Shown piece after piece: positions 8,981 to 17,019 of a stretch of 64,000 bases of DNA. The notes beneath the pieces were generated by a model, which worked only from the letters and a program-made list of their open reading frames with translations, was not told the DNA's origin and searched no databases. The DNA is from Gammaproteobacteria bacterium (GTDB taxonomy: Bacteria > Pseudomonadota > Gammaproteobacteria > Steroidobacterales > Steroidobacteraceae), in NCBI GenBank assembly GCA_028293805.1, contig JAQGOC010000273.1, positions 1,093 through 65,092 of the forward strand. The letters are read 5' to 3'. Both the position numbers and the translations under genes were made by a program. Each line of letters begins with the position of its first letter. The first letter of the stretch is position 1.

Positions 8981-10153
8981 ATGGGCGCCATCGACTGCAG
9001 CGACTGTGACTTCGGCTTGGGGGCTGAGCTCGAAGAGATCCGCACCCAGGTGCGCCGTTTCGCCACCGAGCGGATTGCGCCGCGTGCAGCGGATATCGAT
9101 CGCGCGAATGCATTTCCGCGCGATCTGTGGCCCGCTCTGGGCGAACAGGGATTGCTCGGTATCACGGTGCCCGAGCGCTGGGGGGGCGCGGCCCTGGGGT
9201 ACCTGGCGCACGTGATCGTGATGGAGGAAATCTCCCGGGCATCGGGTGCCGTGGGCCTCTCTTACGGCGCGCACTCGAACCTGTGCGTGAACCAGCTTCG
9301 CATCAACGCCACCGACGCACAGCGTGACCGCTACCTGCCCAAGCTGGTGAGCGGCGAGCACGTCGGCGCGCTGGCGATGTCCGAGCCCGGCGCCGGCTCC
9401 GACGTCGTCTCGATGCAACTGCGTGCCGAGAAGCACGGCGACACATACATTCTCAACGGCCGGAAGATGTGGATTACCAACGGGCCCGATGCCGACGTCT
9501 TTGTCGTTTATACGAAGACGGATGTCGCGGCGGGTGCGCGGGGCATCACCACATTCATCGTCGAGCGCGGCAGCGAGGGCTTCTCGACCGCGCAGAAGCT
9601 CGACAAATTCGGCATGCGGGGCTCTGGCACCTGCGAGCTCGTCTTCGACAACTGCCCGGTGCCGGCAGGCAACCTGCTCGGCACCGAGAACGGCGGTGCC
9701 CGAGTGTTGATGAGCGGCCTCGACTACGAGCGCGTGGTGTTGGCGGGTGGCCCACTCGGCCTCATGGCCGCCGCATTGGACCTGGTGTTGCCCTATGTAC
9801 GGGAGCGCAAACAGTTCGGGCAGCCTGTCGGCACATTCGAGCTGATGCAGGCGAAGCTCGCCGACATGTATGCCGCTCTCAATGCGAGCCGCGCCTATGT
9901 CTACTCCGTGGCCCGCGCCTGCGACACCGGCACCGTGAAGCGCCGGGATGCCGCCAGCTGCATCCTCTTCGCCGCGGAACGCGCTACCCACGTTGCGCTG
10001 GAATCCATCCAGGCACTGGGTGGTAACGGGTACATCAACGATTATCCCGCGGGGCGCCTGCTGCGGGACGCGAAGCTCTATGAAATCGGCGCGGGGACCC
10101 AGGAAATCCGCCGCATGCTCATCGGTCGCGAGCTGTTCGAGGCAGCGGCATGA
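8981..10153 (+). CDS. liuA: isovaleryl-CoA dehydrogenase
   Basis: Internal ATG of ORF 8900..10153. [31 protein letters not shown]...[14 protein letters not shown]...[23 protein letters not shown] carries the IVD-type YEIGAGT insertion motif. Confidence 0.85.
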   Translation: MGAIDCSDCDFGLGAELEEIRTQVRRFATERIAPRAADIDRANAFPRDLWPALGEQGLLGITVPERWGGAALGYLAHVIVMEEISRASGAVGLSYGAHSNLCVNQLRINATDAQRDRYLPKLVSGEHVGALAMSEPGAGSDVVSMQLRAEKHGDTYILNGRKMWITNGPDADVFVVYTKTDVAAGARGITTFIVERGSEGFSTAQKLDKFGMRGSGTCELVFDNCPVPAGNLLGTENGGARVLMSGLDYERVVLAGGPLGLMAAALDLVLPYVRERKQFGQPVGTFELMQAKLADMYAALNASRAYVYSVARACDTGTVKRRDAASCILFAAERATHVALESIQALGGNGYINDYPAGRLLRDAKLYEIGAGTQEIRRMLIGRELFEAAA

Positions 10154-10899
10154 ACGCAGAGACGCAGCGCGTGCGCTTTGACCAGATTCTCATCGAACCG
10201 GCCTATCGTAAGGTGGCGGCGGCGATCGGCGAGCGCATTCTCAGCCGCAGCCTGCGCGAAGGCGAACGGTTGCCTCCGGAGACGGAGCTCGCGCGGCAGT
10301 TTGGCGTGAACCGGTCCACCGTGCGGGAGGCTCTGCGGGAGCTAGAAAGCGGTGGGCTCGTGATGCGGCGGCCCGGCTCAAAGCTCATGACCGTCAGCCG
10401 GCCCCAACACAATGCCATCGCCGAAGGGGTGAGCCGTGCGCTCGTCATGCACGATGTGACGTTTCTCGAAGTGTGGGAAGCGCTCACGATCATCGAGCCA
10501 CCCATAGCGGAAGCCGCGGCCCGCACGCGCACGGCGGAAGATCTCGCGAGCATCGCCGCGGCGGCCGAGCGTTTCGCTGCCCTCAACACGGATACGGAAC
10601 GCGCCGTCCACTATGCTGCCGAGTTCTTCCGCAGCGTTGGCCGCGCTACTCACAATCAGGTGCTGGGGCTCGCGCAGGAGCCCCTGCTGCAGCTTCTCGA
10701 ACCCTCGCTACGGGTGATGATTGACGAAGTGCCTCAGGCGCGCTCGCGTATCGCCACTGCGCAAAAACGGATCGCGGAAGCGTTGCGGGGGCGGGATGTC
10801 GAAGGCGCGCGCACCTGGATGGCGAAGCACATTCGCGACTTCCGCAAGGGTTATGAAATCGCGAAGATTGACCTGGAGCTACGGGTTACGGCCGAGTAG
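10150..10899 (+). CDS. GntR-family transcriptional regulator (FadR/FCD-type C-terminal domain)
   Basis: wHTH block [31 protein letters not shown] followed by an all-helical C-terminal domain. The ATG overlaps the liuA stop (ATGA). Confidence 0.85.
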   Translation: MNAETQRVRFDQILIEPAYRKVAAAIGERILSRSLREGERLPPETELARQFGVNRSTVREALRELESGGLVMRRPGSKLMTVSRPQHNAIAEGVSRALVMHDVTFLEVWEALTIIEPPIAEAAARTRTAEDLASIAAAAERFAALNTDTERAVHYAAEFFRSVGRATHNQVLGLAQEPLLQLLEPSLRVMIDEVPQARSRIATAQKRIAEALRGRDVEGARTWMAKHIRDFRKGYEIAKIDLELRVTAE

Positions 10900-11002
10900 C
10901 CGGCGACTGCTGCTAGGACTGCCGAGCGGCGCAGCGGGTGGCCGGGGCCCGTTGAAGGGCGTCCGAATGTACTGCCCTATGCACGAGGCTTGTTGCACGA
11001 CG

Positions 11003-11042
11003 CAATAAAAAACGTGCGAGGCGGCAGAGCACCTCGCACGTT
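11003..11042 (-). terminator. rho-independent terminator oriented on the minus strand
   Basis: 10-11 bp stem ACGTGCGAGG / CCTCGCACGT (11012-11021 / 11032-11041) with a 10-nt loop. On the minus strand it is followed by TTTTTTATT (plus-strand AATAAAAAA at 11003-11011). Confidence 0.6.
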
Positions 11043-11329
11043 ATAACGCCGCGGCGACGAATGAGGGGGTCAACCGCCGCTGCGAACGATGCTCCTCGTC
11101 TCAAGCGAAGCCGGAGTCAACGCGTGAGGCGGGGAGCGCACCGCCAAACTCTGTTTTGCAAGCCTCGTGCCAGTGGCAGCGGCAAGTAAATCAGTGACTT
11201 AGGATTCTGTTGCGAAGGGTACGAACAATAACGGTGCGGGCTGCGACGCGCATGCACACCACGCGAGCAACCTGAACGGTCGAAAGCAACGAGCTGCAGC
11301 GTCCTGCGACCCGGACCGGGGGCCCTGCG

Positions 11330-12085
11330 TCAGGGCCGGACCAGTAGCTGATCGAGGAGGCGGCTGGTCTGACGGGAGATAATGCCCGCGAACAGCGGCT
11401 GCAGCTGATTGAGATCCTGCTGTGGGATGTCCTTGAGATTCTCGGGCGCCGTAAAGCTCGTCCACTCGAGTGCGTAGCCGCCACCCCACTCGCGGCCCCG
11501 CAGCGTGGGCCCGTCCGGGGCCGGGGAGACCAGCAGCAACTCGGTCATATTGAACAGTGTCGGCTTGCCGCCGGCCGCCTCCGAGTCACTCGTGACGAAG
11601 CCCCAGCCGCGCAGATAGTCCGGCAGCTCCTTACGGCGCGCTCCCCCGGCGTGCGTCGAGTTGTTGATGCCCGGGGCCAACACGATGACGGCCTCGACGT
11701 GCTCGTTGTTCAATATGTGCGTGAACGGCAGCACGCATTCCTTCGGCAGGCTCTTGACGAAGGAGCCGTTCAGAAAGCAGTCCTCGCGCGTCCTGTCGAG
11801 CTCATCCGTCACTCCCACCGGCACCAGCACGAGTCCCATCTGGCCCATGCGATCCCTGAGCGCCTCCGACAGCATCGTGTCCACCGGCCACGTAACGGTC
11901 GTGGTCTTCAGGAAACTGTCTTTGATCGCCTTGGTGGCGTGGAAGTGAGTGACTTCGGGATCCAGCAGGCTGATGACGCCTACACGGGCGCCTTTCGCGA
12001 GCGCCAGCGGTGTCGAATCTCTGGCCGCCAGCGGCGCGCTGAACGCCACCAGACAAGCCAGCCAGCCCCCCCAAACTCTTGACAT
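11330..12085 (-). CDS. hypothetical exported protein (no recognisable domain)
   Basis: 251-aa ORF with signal peptide MSRVWGGWLACLVAFSAPLAA, high third-position GC, and GAAGGG upstream of the ATG. I recognise no family motif. Confidence 0.6.
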   Translation of the reverse strand: MSRVWGGWLACLVAFSAPLAARDSTPLALAKGARVGVISLLDPEVTHFHATKAIKDSFLKTTTVTWPVDTMLSEALRDRMGQMGLVLVPVGVTDELDRTREDCFLNGSFVKSLPKECVLPFTHILNNEHVEAVIVLAPGINNSTHAGGARRKELPDYLRGWGFVTSDSEAAGGKPTLFNMTELLLVSPAPDGPTLRGREWGGGYALEWTSFTAPENLKDIPQQDLNQLQPLFAGIISRQTSRLLDQLLVRP

Positions 12086-12555
12086 AGATGCCGCCCTTCA
12101 ACCCGCCTCGTGGCGAGAGAGACGCCAGCGTCCAAGCTGCTGCGGGTTCGATGCGTGAGTTGTTTTCCTGTGCGCGGCAGTCTAACGGGGCCGGCGGCTG
12201 CTAGATAGCCCGGCAACTGCCGCGTCCGCTTATCGTACGAAAAGCGAGACACGCCGCTCATAGTCCGGCCAATCACCCGCCGCTCAGGGGTCGAGAATGC
12301 CCCTGCAGATCGAGCCGTCTCCCCGAGTACGAAAGAAGCAGCGGGTCCCGCTCAGCCCGAGCCTGTGATATCCGCGGCGGTCGCTCACGCAGCGATCCTG
12401 TCCGCCCGCCTCCATCCGCTCCGGCAGGGAAGGCGCACTGGCGAAGCTTCACTCGCGCCTGCGGCCGGCAACCCGTAATGGTGCGCCTTTCGAGCAGTGG
12501 CTCACGTTTCGAGTTGTATTCCGGCTGGAAAATGGCCGAATCCGCGGCTGCAGTC

Positions 12556-12590
12556 GGGCCCGGGCGCACGCGCTCCGTGCGCCCGGGCCC
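12556..12590. repeat. perfect 15-bp inverted repeat (stem-loop) 30 nt upstream of the 12621 start codon
   Basis: GGGCCCGGGCGCACG (12556-12570), CGCTC loop, CGTGCGCCCGGGCCC (12576-12590). Read directly from the sequence. Confidence 0.7.
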
Positions 12591-12620
12591 TCAAGTTTCC
12601 CGCGGTGCGGTCGTTATCAA

Positions 12621-15209
12621 ATGTCAACTATCCAGCACGGTTTCCAGGATTCGAAGCCCCGCGCCATGTCGCGTCTGACGAAATACATGCCGGCCGTCGT
12701 AGGTTATCGCGAACGGCTGGCGACACTACAAGGTGCATGGGACAGCCTCGCGCTCCTGTCTCACCTCAGCGAAGACGGAACCAACCTCAGCGGTACGCGC
12801 CAGGCGTTTGAATCGCTGGCGGGAGATCTGGTGAGTCATCTCGCCGCCGAAACGCACAAGAAATCACTGCTCGCCGCCCGAGCCCGGGCGCAGGTTGCCA
12901 TCGACATCCTGGTGCGCAATCTGTTCGAGCGTACCGCCGACATCAGCTTCCTTGCCGCGGATGACATCATCCGCCGCTTCGCCCGCGAAGTTCCTGCACT
13001 GCGCCGCACCGCCCGCGAGGACGGACCCGCCGCGGAAAATGCGGCTCGTACGGTTGAGGTCGCCACGCGCTCCGTGCAGCGCCGCCTGGCGGAGTACGTC
13101 GCGAAGTACTCCATCTATCACAACGTCATAGTGGTCTCGCCCGAAGGCGAAGTGCTCCTGCAGCTGGAGACTGGCAATGCGCCCGCTGTCACACAGGACC
13201 CGCTGGTCGCCCACACATTGGCGAGCGATCAGCCGTATGTAGAGACTTCGCGAGCCAGCGATCTCGTCCCCGATGCCCGCCGCGCCCTCATCTACTCGCA
13301 TCGGATCACGTCCGAAAATCAGACGCTGGGTGTGTTGTGCCTGTGTTTTGGACTCCAGGACGAGTGCGACGGCATCTTCGGGAAACTGCGCTCCGCGACC
13401 GACTGGACAGTGCTCTCGCTCCTGGATACCCAGAACGAAGTCATTGCGACCAGCGACCCGTATCTCCTTCCGGTCGGCGCGCGCGTGACGGCGGGAAATG
13501 GCGAAACGGGCGACATCGTTCGCTTTGCGGGACGCGAGTTTCTCGCGGTGACCCGCACCGCGCAGCCGTACCAGGGCTATGCCGGGCCTAACTGGCGCGG
13601 CCATGTCATGGTGCCCCTGGAACGGGCATTCGAGACCGACGAGGTGACCGAGCGGTCGGGCTATACCTCCGAGGTCCTTGCCGACCTGCGCGCCAGCGCC
13701 GCAACGTTCTCTGCTGCGCTGCGCGAAATTCCGCGGCAGGCGGACGCCGTTCAGCGGGATCTCAACCGTTCCGTGTGGAACGGCAGCGTGCGCCTGTCGC
13801 TCGCCGACGGCGGCAATGGCACGTTCGCCAAGGCCCTGTTGCGCGAAATCAGCAACATGGGCCGCAAGACGAAGGATGTGTTCGAACATTCCATAGAGGA
13901 GTTGCACGAGACTGTCGTCTCGTCGGTTCTGCACGACAGTCAGTTCATGGCCTCCCTTGGCAGCGAGCTGCTGGCCCGGAACCTGTACGAGCGCGCGAAC
14001 GACTGCCGCTGGTTGGCGCTGGACGCGACGCTCATCGGCCGTCTTGCGGAAGTTCAAGGCTGCGATGATGCCGCCGCGACGCAAATGCTCCAGCGCATCA
14101 ACGAGCTCTACACGGTCTACCATTGCATCGTTCTGCTGGATGCGCAGGGCCGCATCGTCGCCACCTCCAGGCCCGAATACGAGCATTTGCAGGGCGAGCT
14201 ACTCAACGAGCCGTGGGCATCCCAGACACTGTCGCTCTCCGGCAGCCAGGCTTACAGCGTATCCGGGTTTCAGCCGAGTGCCCTGTATGACAATCAGCCG
14301 ACGTTGATCTTCGGAGCGGCGGTACGCGGACCTCAAGGGCGGGTAATTGGCGCGGTCGCTGTCGTATTCGACGCGTCCCCGCAGCTCTCGGCGATGCTTC
14401 GTGACTCGCTGCCGCGCGATGAGCGGGGCCAGCCCGTCGCAGGATGCGTCGCTATGTTTCTCGATCGTGAACTGCGCGTCATGGCGACCACCTCCCCGGA
14501 AGCCGGCATCGAAGCCGCGTGCATACGCTGGGTCAAAGAGACATCGCGACAAGGCGAGGCCCGCATAGTGCAGATTGGAGAGAGCTATCACGCGGTGGGC
14601 ACCAAGCCCGACAGCGGCTATCGAGAATTCCCGGGCCTCGGCGGCCACGCCGTCGTACTCATTCCGATCGGCAAGGTGCACGAGCGACGAACGGTCGCTC
14701 GCGGGGACCTGCCGCAGCGCGCTCCCGCCCGGCACGAGGGAAGCAAGCAGGAGGTACTCGAGTTCGCCACCTTCGCCACCGGCAGCAGCTGGTACGCACT
14801 ACCGACGACGAGTGTGATTGAAGCGATCGACGCCAAGGCGCTGCAAACGCTGCCGACCAGTGAGCCCTGGTGCGCGGGCTTTCTGATGTTCGCCGGAGAG
14901 CCGCTTGCCGTGGCCGATCTGACGCGGGTGCTGGGCGAGACCCATCTGGAGACGCCCAGGATCGTGGTGGTCATTCGAGCACAAGGACGTTCGCGGCCCT
15001 TCGGCCTGCTGGTGGAGTTGCTGGGAGATATTCCCGAAGTGGCGGCCGACCGGCTGCTGCCGATTGATGGCTCACCCGAGCAGCTGGCCACCCTTGCGAT
15101 CGAGCCTGCCGATCCCACCGACCCGCTCGTCATGATTCTCAGCCCCGAACGCCTGGCCGGATTATTTTACGGCGCCACGCAGGCCGCGCCCGAGGCCCTG
15201 ACCGCCTGA
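12621..15209 (+). CDS. soluble tandem-sensor protein with C-terminal CheW-like domain
   Basis: 862 aa. Two internally duplicated modules begin NLFERTADISFLAAD and NLYERANDCRWLALD; these look Cache/PAS-like, unverified. The C-terminal EVLEFATFATGSSWYALPTTSVIEAID...GFLMFAGEPLAVADLTRVLG...VVVIRAQGRSRPFGLLVELLGDIPEV resembles a CheW domain. No TM segment or methyl-accepting domain is seen. The start codon is uncertain (alternative ATG at 12666). Confidence 0.75.
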   Translation: MSTIQHGFQDSKPRAMSRLTKYMPAVVGYRERLATLQGAWDSLALLSHLSEDGTNLSGTRQAFESLAGDLVSHLAAETHKKSLLAARARAQVAIDILVRNLFERTADISFLAADDIIRRFAREVPALRRTAREDGPAAENAARTVEVATRSVQRRLAEYVAKYSIYHNVIVVSPEGEVLLQLETGNAPAVTQDPLVAHTLASDQPYVETSRASDLVPDARRALIYSHRITSENQTLGVLCLCFGLQDECDGIFGKLRSATDWTVLSLLDTQNEVIATSDPYLLPVGARVTAGNGETGDIVRFAGREFLAVTRTAQPYQGYAGPNWRGHVMVPLERAFETDEVTERSGYTSEVLADLRASAATFSAALREIPRQADAVQRDLNRSVWNGSVRLSLADGGNGTFAKALLREISNMGRKTKDVFEHSIEELHETVVSSVLHDSQFMASLGSELLARNLYERANDCRWLALDATLIGRLAEVQGCDDAAATQMLQRINELYTVYHCIVLLDAQGRIVATSRPEYEHLQGELLNEPWASQTLSLSGSQAYSVSGFQPSALYDNQPTLIFGAAVRGPQGRVIGAVAVVFDASPQLSAMLRDSLPRDERGQPVAGCVAMFLDRELRVMATTSPEAGIEAACIRWVKETSRQGEARIVQIGESYHAVGTKPDSGYREFPGLGGHAVVLIPIGKVHERRTVARGDLPQRAPARHEGSKQEVLEFATFATGSSWYALPTTSVIEAIDAKALQTLPTSEPWCAGFLMFAGEPLAVADLTRVLGETHLETPRIVVVIRAQGRSRPFGLLVELLGDIPEVAADRLLPIDGSPEQLATLAIEPADPTDPLVMILSPERLAGLFYGATQAAPEALTA

Positions 15210-15218
15210 AGCGCCGCC

Positions 15219-16067
15219 TCAGAGAAAAAAGTCAGGAAGCAGATCCTCTTCGCGAACGCCGGCGTCGCGGTACTGCGAGAAATCCGTTTCGCCCGCAGCG
15301 CGCAGAACCTCGTCATCGATGCAGAATTTACCGGTGAACTCGCGACTCGCGCTCGTCACGATCACGTGAGCCGCGTCGGCGAGAATTCGCGGCTTGCGCA
15401 CACGTCGACGCTCCTCGCTGCCGCGCCCGCCCAACGCCACTTGCAACGCGGCCGTGCCGATCACGGTCCGCGGCCAGAGAGCATTCACCGCGATGCCTCG
15501 CGGCCGTAGCTCTCCCGCCAATCCCAGCACACACAGGCTCATCCCGTACTTCGCGATGGAATAAGCGACATGCGGCGCGAACCAGCGCTCCGTAAAGTTA
15601 AGAGGAGGCGCCAACATGAGAATGTGTGGATTCGCGGACCGCGCCAGATGCTGCACGCACATCTTCGAACAGAGGAATGTACCGCGAGTGTTGATCTGAT
15701 GCATCAGATCGAAGCGCTTCATGTCCGTTTCCAGCGTGTCGGTGAGGCTGATCGCGCTTGCGTTGTTGACGAGGATGTCAATACCTCCGAAGGTCTTTAC
15801 CGTGCGAGCAACCGCGTCCGCCACCTGGCTGTCGTTGCGTATGTCGACCGCAAGAGGCAGCGCTCGGCCGCCTGCCGCTTCGATTTCCGCCGCGGCGGTA
15901 TAGATCGTGCCGGGGAGCTTCGGATGAGGATCGGTCGTCTTAGCGACGACTGCTATGTTCGCGCCATCCCGAGCCGCGCGTAAGGCGATGGCGAGGCCGA
16001 TGCCGCGACTTGCGCCCGTAATGAACAGGGTACGACCTTTAAGTCCGGCAGATGTCGATTGCGCCAT
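15219..16067 (-). CDS. SDR-family oxidoreductase (HSDL2-like)
   Basis: Rossmann motif LFITGASRGIGLAIALRAARDGANIAVVAKT, then NNAS and the catalytic YSIAK. Confidence 0.85.
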   Translation of the reverse strand: MAQSTSAGLKGRTLFITGASRGIGLAIALRAARDGANIAVVAKTTDPHPKLPGTIYTAAAEIEAAGGRALPLAVDIRNDSQVADAVARTVKTFGGIDILVNNASAISLTDTLETDMKRFDLMHQINTRGTFLCSKMCVQHLARSANPHILMLAPPLNFTERWFAPHVAYSIAKYGMSLCVLGLAGELRPRGIAVNALWPRTVIGTAALQVALGGRGSEERRRVRKPRILADAAHVIVTSASREFTGKFCIDDEVLRAAGETDFSQYRDAGVREEDLLPDFFL

Positions 16068-16242
16068 TTTTGACCTCGTTGCGTCCCTGCAGTCCGTTGC
16101 GCCGTCCCTTGCGTCATTTTCGTGTCCGTTCCGCGCCCATCATAACCGCTCGGTATGAGCCCATAGCCCGAAAGAGCCGCCTTCTGCGCGTCTGCCCGGT
16201 AACATTCCGGCTCCATCCACGTCTGCGGCAGGTGACACGATC

Positions 16243-17019
16243 TTGGCGGCGATAGGTGCTGAGCGGGTGCTCAAGGTACACCACTGGACCGATACGCAAT
16301 TTACCTTCACGACCACACGTGATTCGGGGCTGCGATTCGAGAACGGGCAATTCGTCATGGTGGGACTGCATGTCGACAGCCGGCCGCTGTTGCGCGCGTA
16401 CAGCATCGCAAGTGCGAACCACGAGGAGCACCTCGAGTTTCTCAGCATCAAGGTCCCCGACGGTCCCCTCACTTCCCGCCTGCAGCATATCCGGCAGGGC
16501 GATGAGGTTCTGATCAGCCGCAAGCCGACCGGTACCCTGCTGCTGCACGATCTGAAGCCTGGCAAGCGCCTGTACCTGCTGAGCACCGGCACCGGAGCCG
16601 CCCCGTTCATGAGCTTGATCAAGGATCCGGAAGCTTACGAGCGCTTCGAGCACGTGGTGCTCGTTCACGGCGTGCGCTGGGCGAAAGAGTCGGCCGTCGT
16701 GAAGCACCTGATCGAAGACTTGAAAGCGCACGAGTTCCTCGGCGAACTGGTGCGTGACAAGCTCCACTACTACCCCACGGTGACGCGCGAACCGCATCCC
16801 AACCACGGCCGGCTGACGACGCTGATGGAGTCGGGAAGGTTGTTCCGTGATCTGCAGCTGCCGGATCTCGATCCGCGCACCGATCGGGTCATGGTGTGTG
16901 GCAGTCCTGCCATGCTCACCGACGCCTGCGCGCTGCTGGACGGGCGGGGATTCTCCATCTCGCCGCACATCGGCGAGCCTGGAGACTATGTGATCGAACG
17001 GGCCTTCGTGGAGCGCTGA
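16243..17019 (+). CDS. fpr: ferredoxin--NADP(+) reductase
   Basis: ERVLKVHHWTDTQFTFTTTRD...RAYSIASANHEEHLEFLSIKVPDGPLTSRL...LYLLSTGTGAAPFMSLI...MVCGSPAM is the typical bacterial Fpr pattern. TTG start as given in the ORF track. Confidence 0.85.
   Translation: MAAIGAERVLKVHHWTDTQFTFTTTRDSGLRFENGQFVMVGLHVDSRPLLRAYSIASANHEEHLEFLSIKVPDGPLTSRLQHIRQGDEVLISRKPTGTLLLHDLKPGKRLYLLSTGTGAAPFMSLIKDPEAYERFEHVVLVHGVRWAKESAVVKHLIEDLKAHEFLGELVRDKLHYYPTVTREPHPNHGRLTTLMESGRLFRDLQLPDLDPRTDRVMVCGSPAMLTDACALLDGRGFSISPHIGEPGDYVIERAFVER

Noticed and set aside
8948-9991. 347-aa minus-strand ORF
   Set aside because: It runs antisense to isovaleryl-CoA dehydrogenase and has no protein-like motifs.
12143-12151. GGGTTCGAT, a T-loop-like sequence
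   Set aside because: The flanking bases (TGC / GCG) cannot form a T-stem, and no acceptor or anticodon arms are present. It is not a tRNA.
12086-12620. Possible RNase P RNA, tmRNA, SRP RNA, 6S RNA or tRNA in the long spacer
   Set aside because: I compared both strands by eye with the conserved cores (GGAAAGUCCGGGCU for RNase P, the tmRNA 5' GGGG...GGAUUCGACG and 3' T-arm/CCA, the SRP GGAAGCAGCC loop). None is present. A covariance-model scan would still be needed to exclude other RNA families.
12864-14186. 440-aa minus-strand ORF
   Set aside because: It runs antisense to the sensor-CheW gene, which has clear internal-repeat and domain support.
16114-16968. 284-aa minus-strand ORF
   Set aside because: It is fully embedded antisense in fpr and is a shadow ORF.
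16986-17019. 34-nt convergent overlap of fpr and the AsmA-family gene
   Set aside because: It most likely reflects a low-complexity C-terminal tail of the AsmA ORF running on until the first stop. No functional signal is evident.
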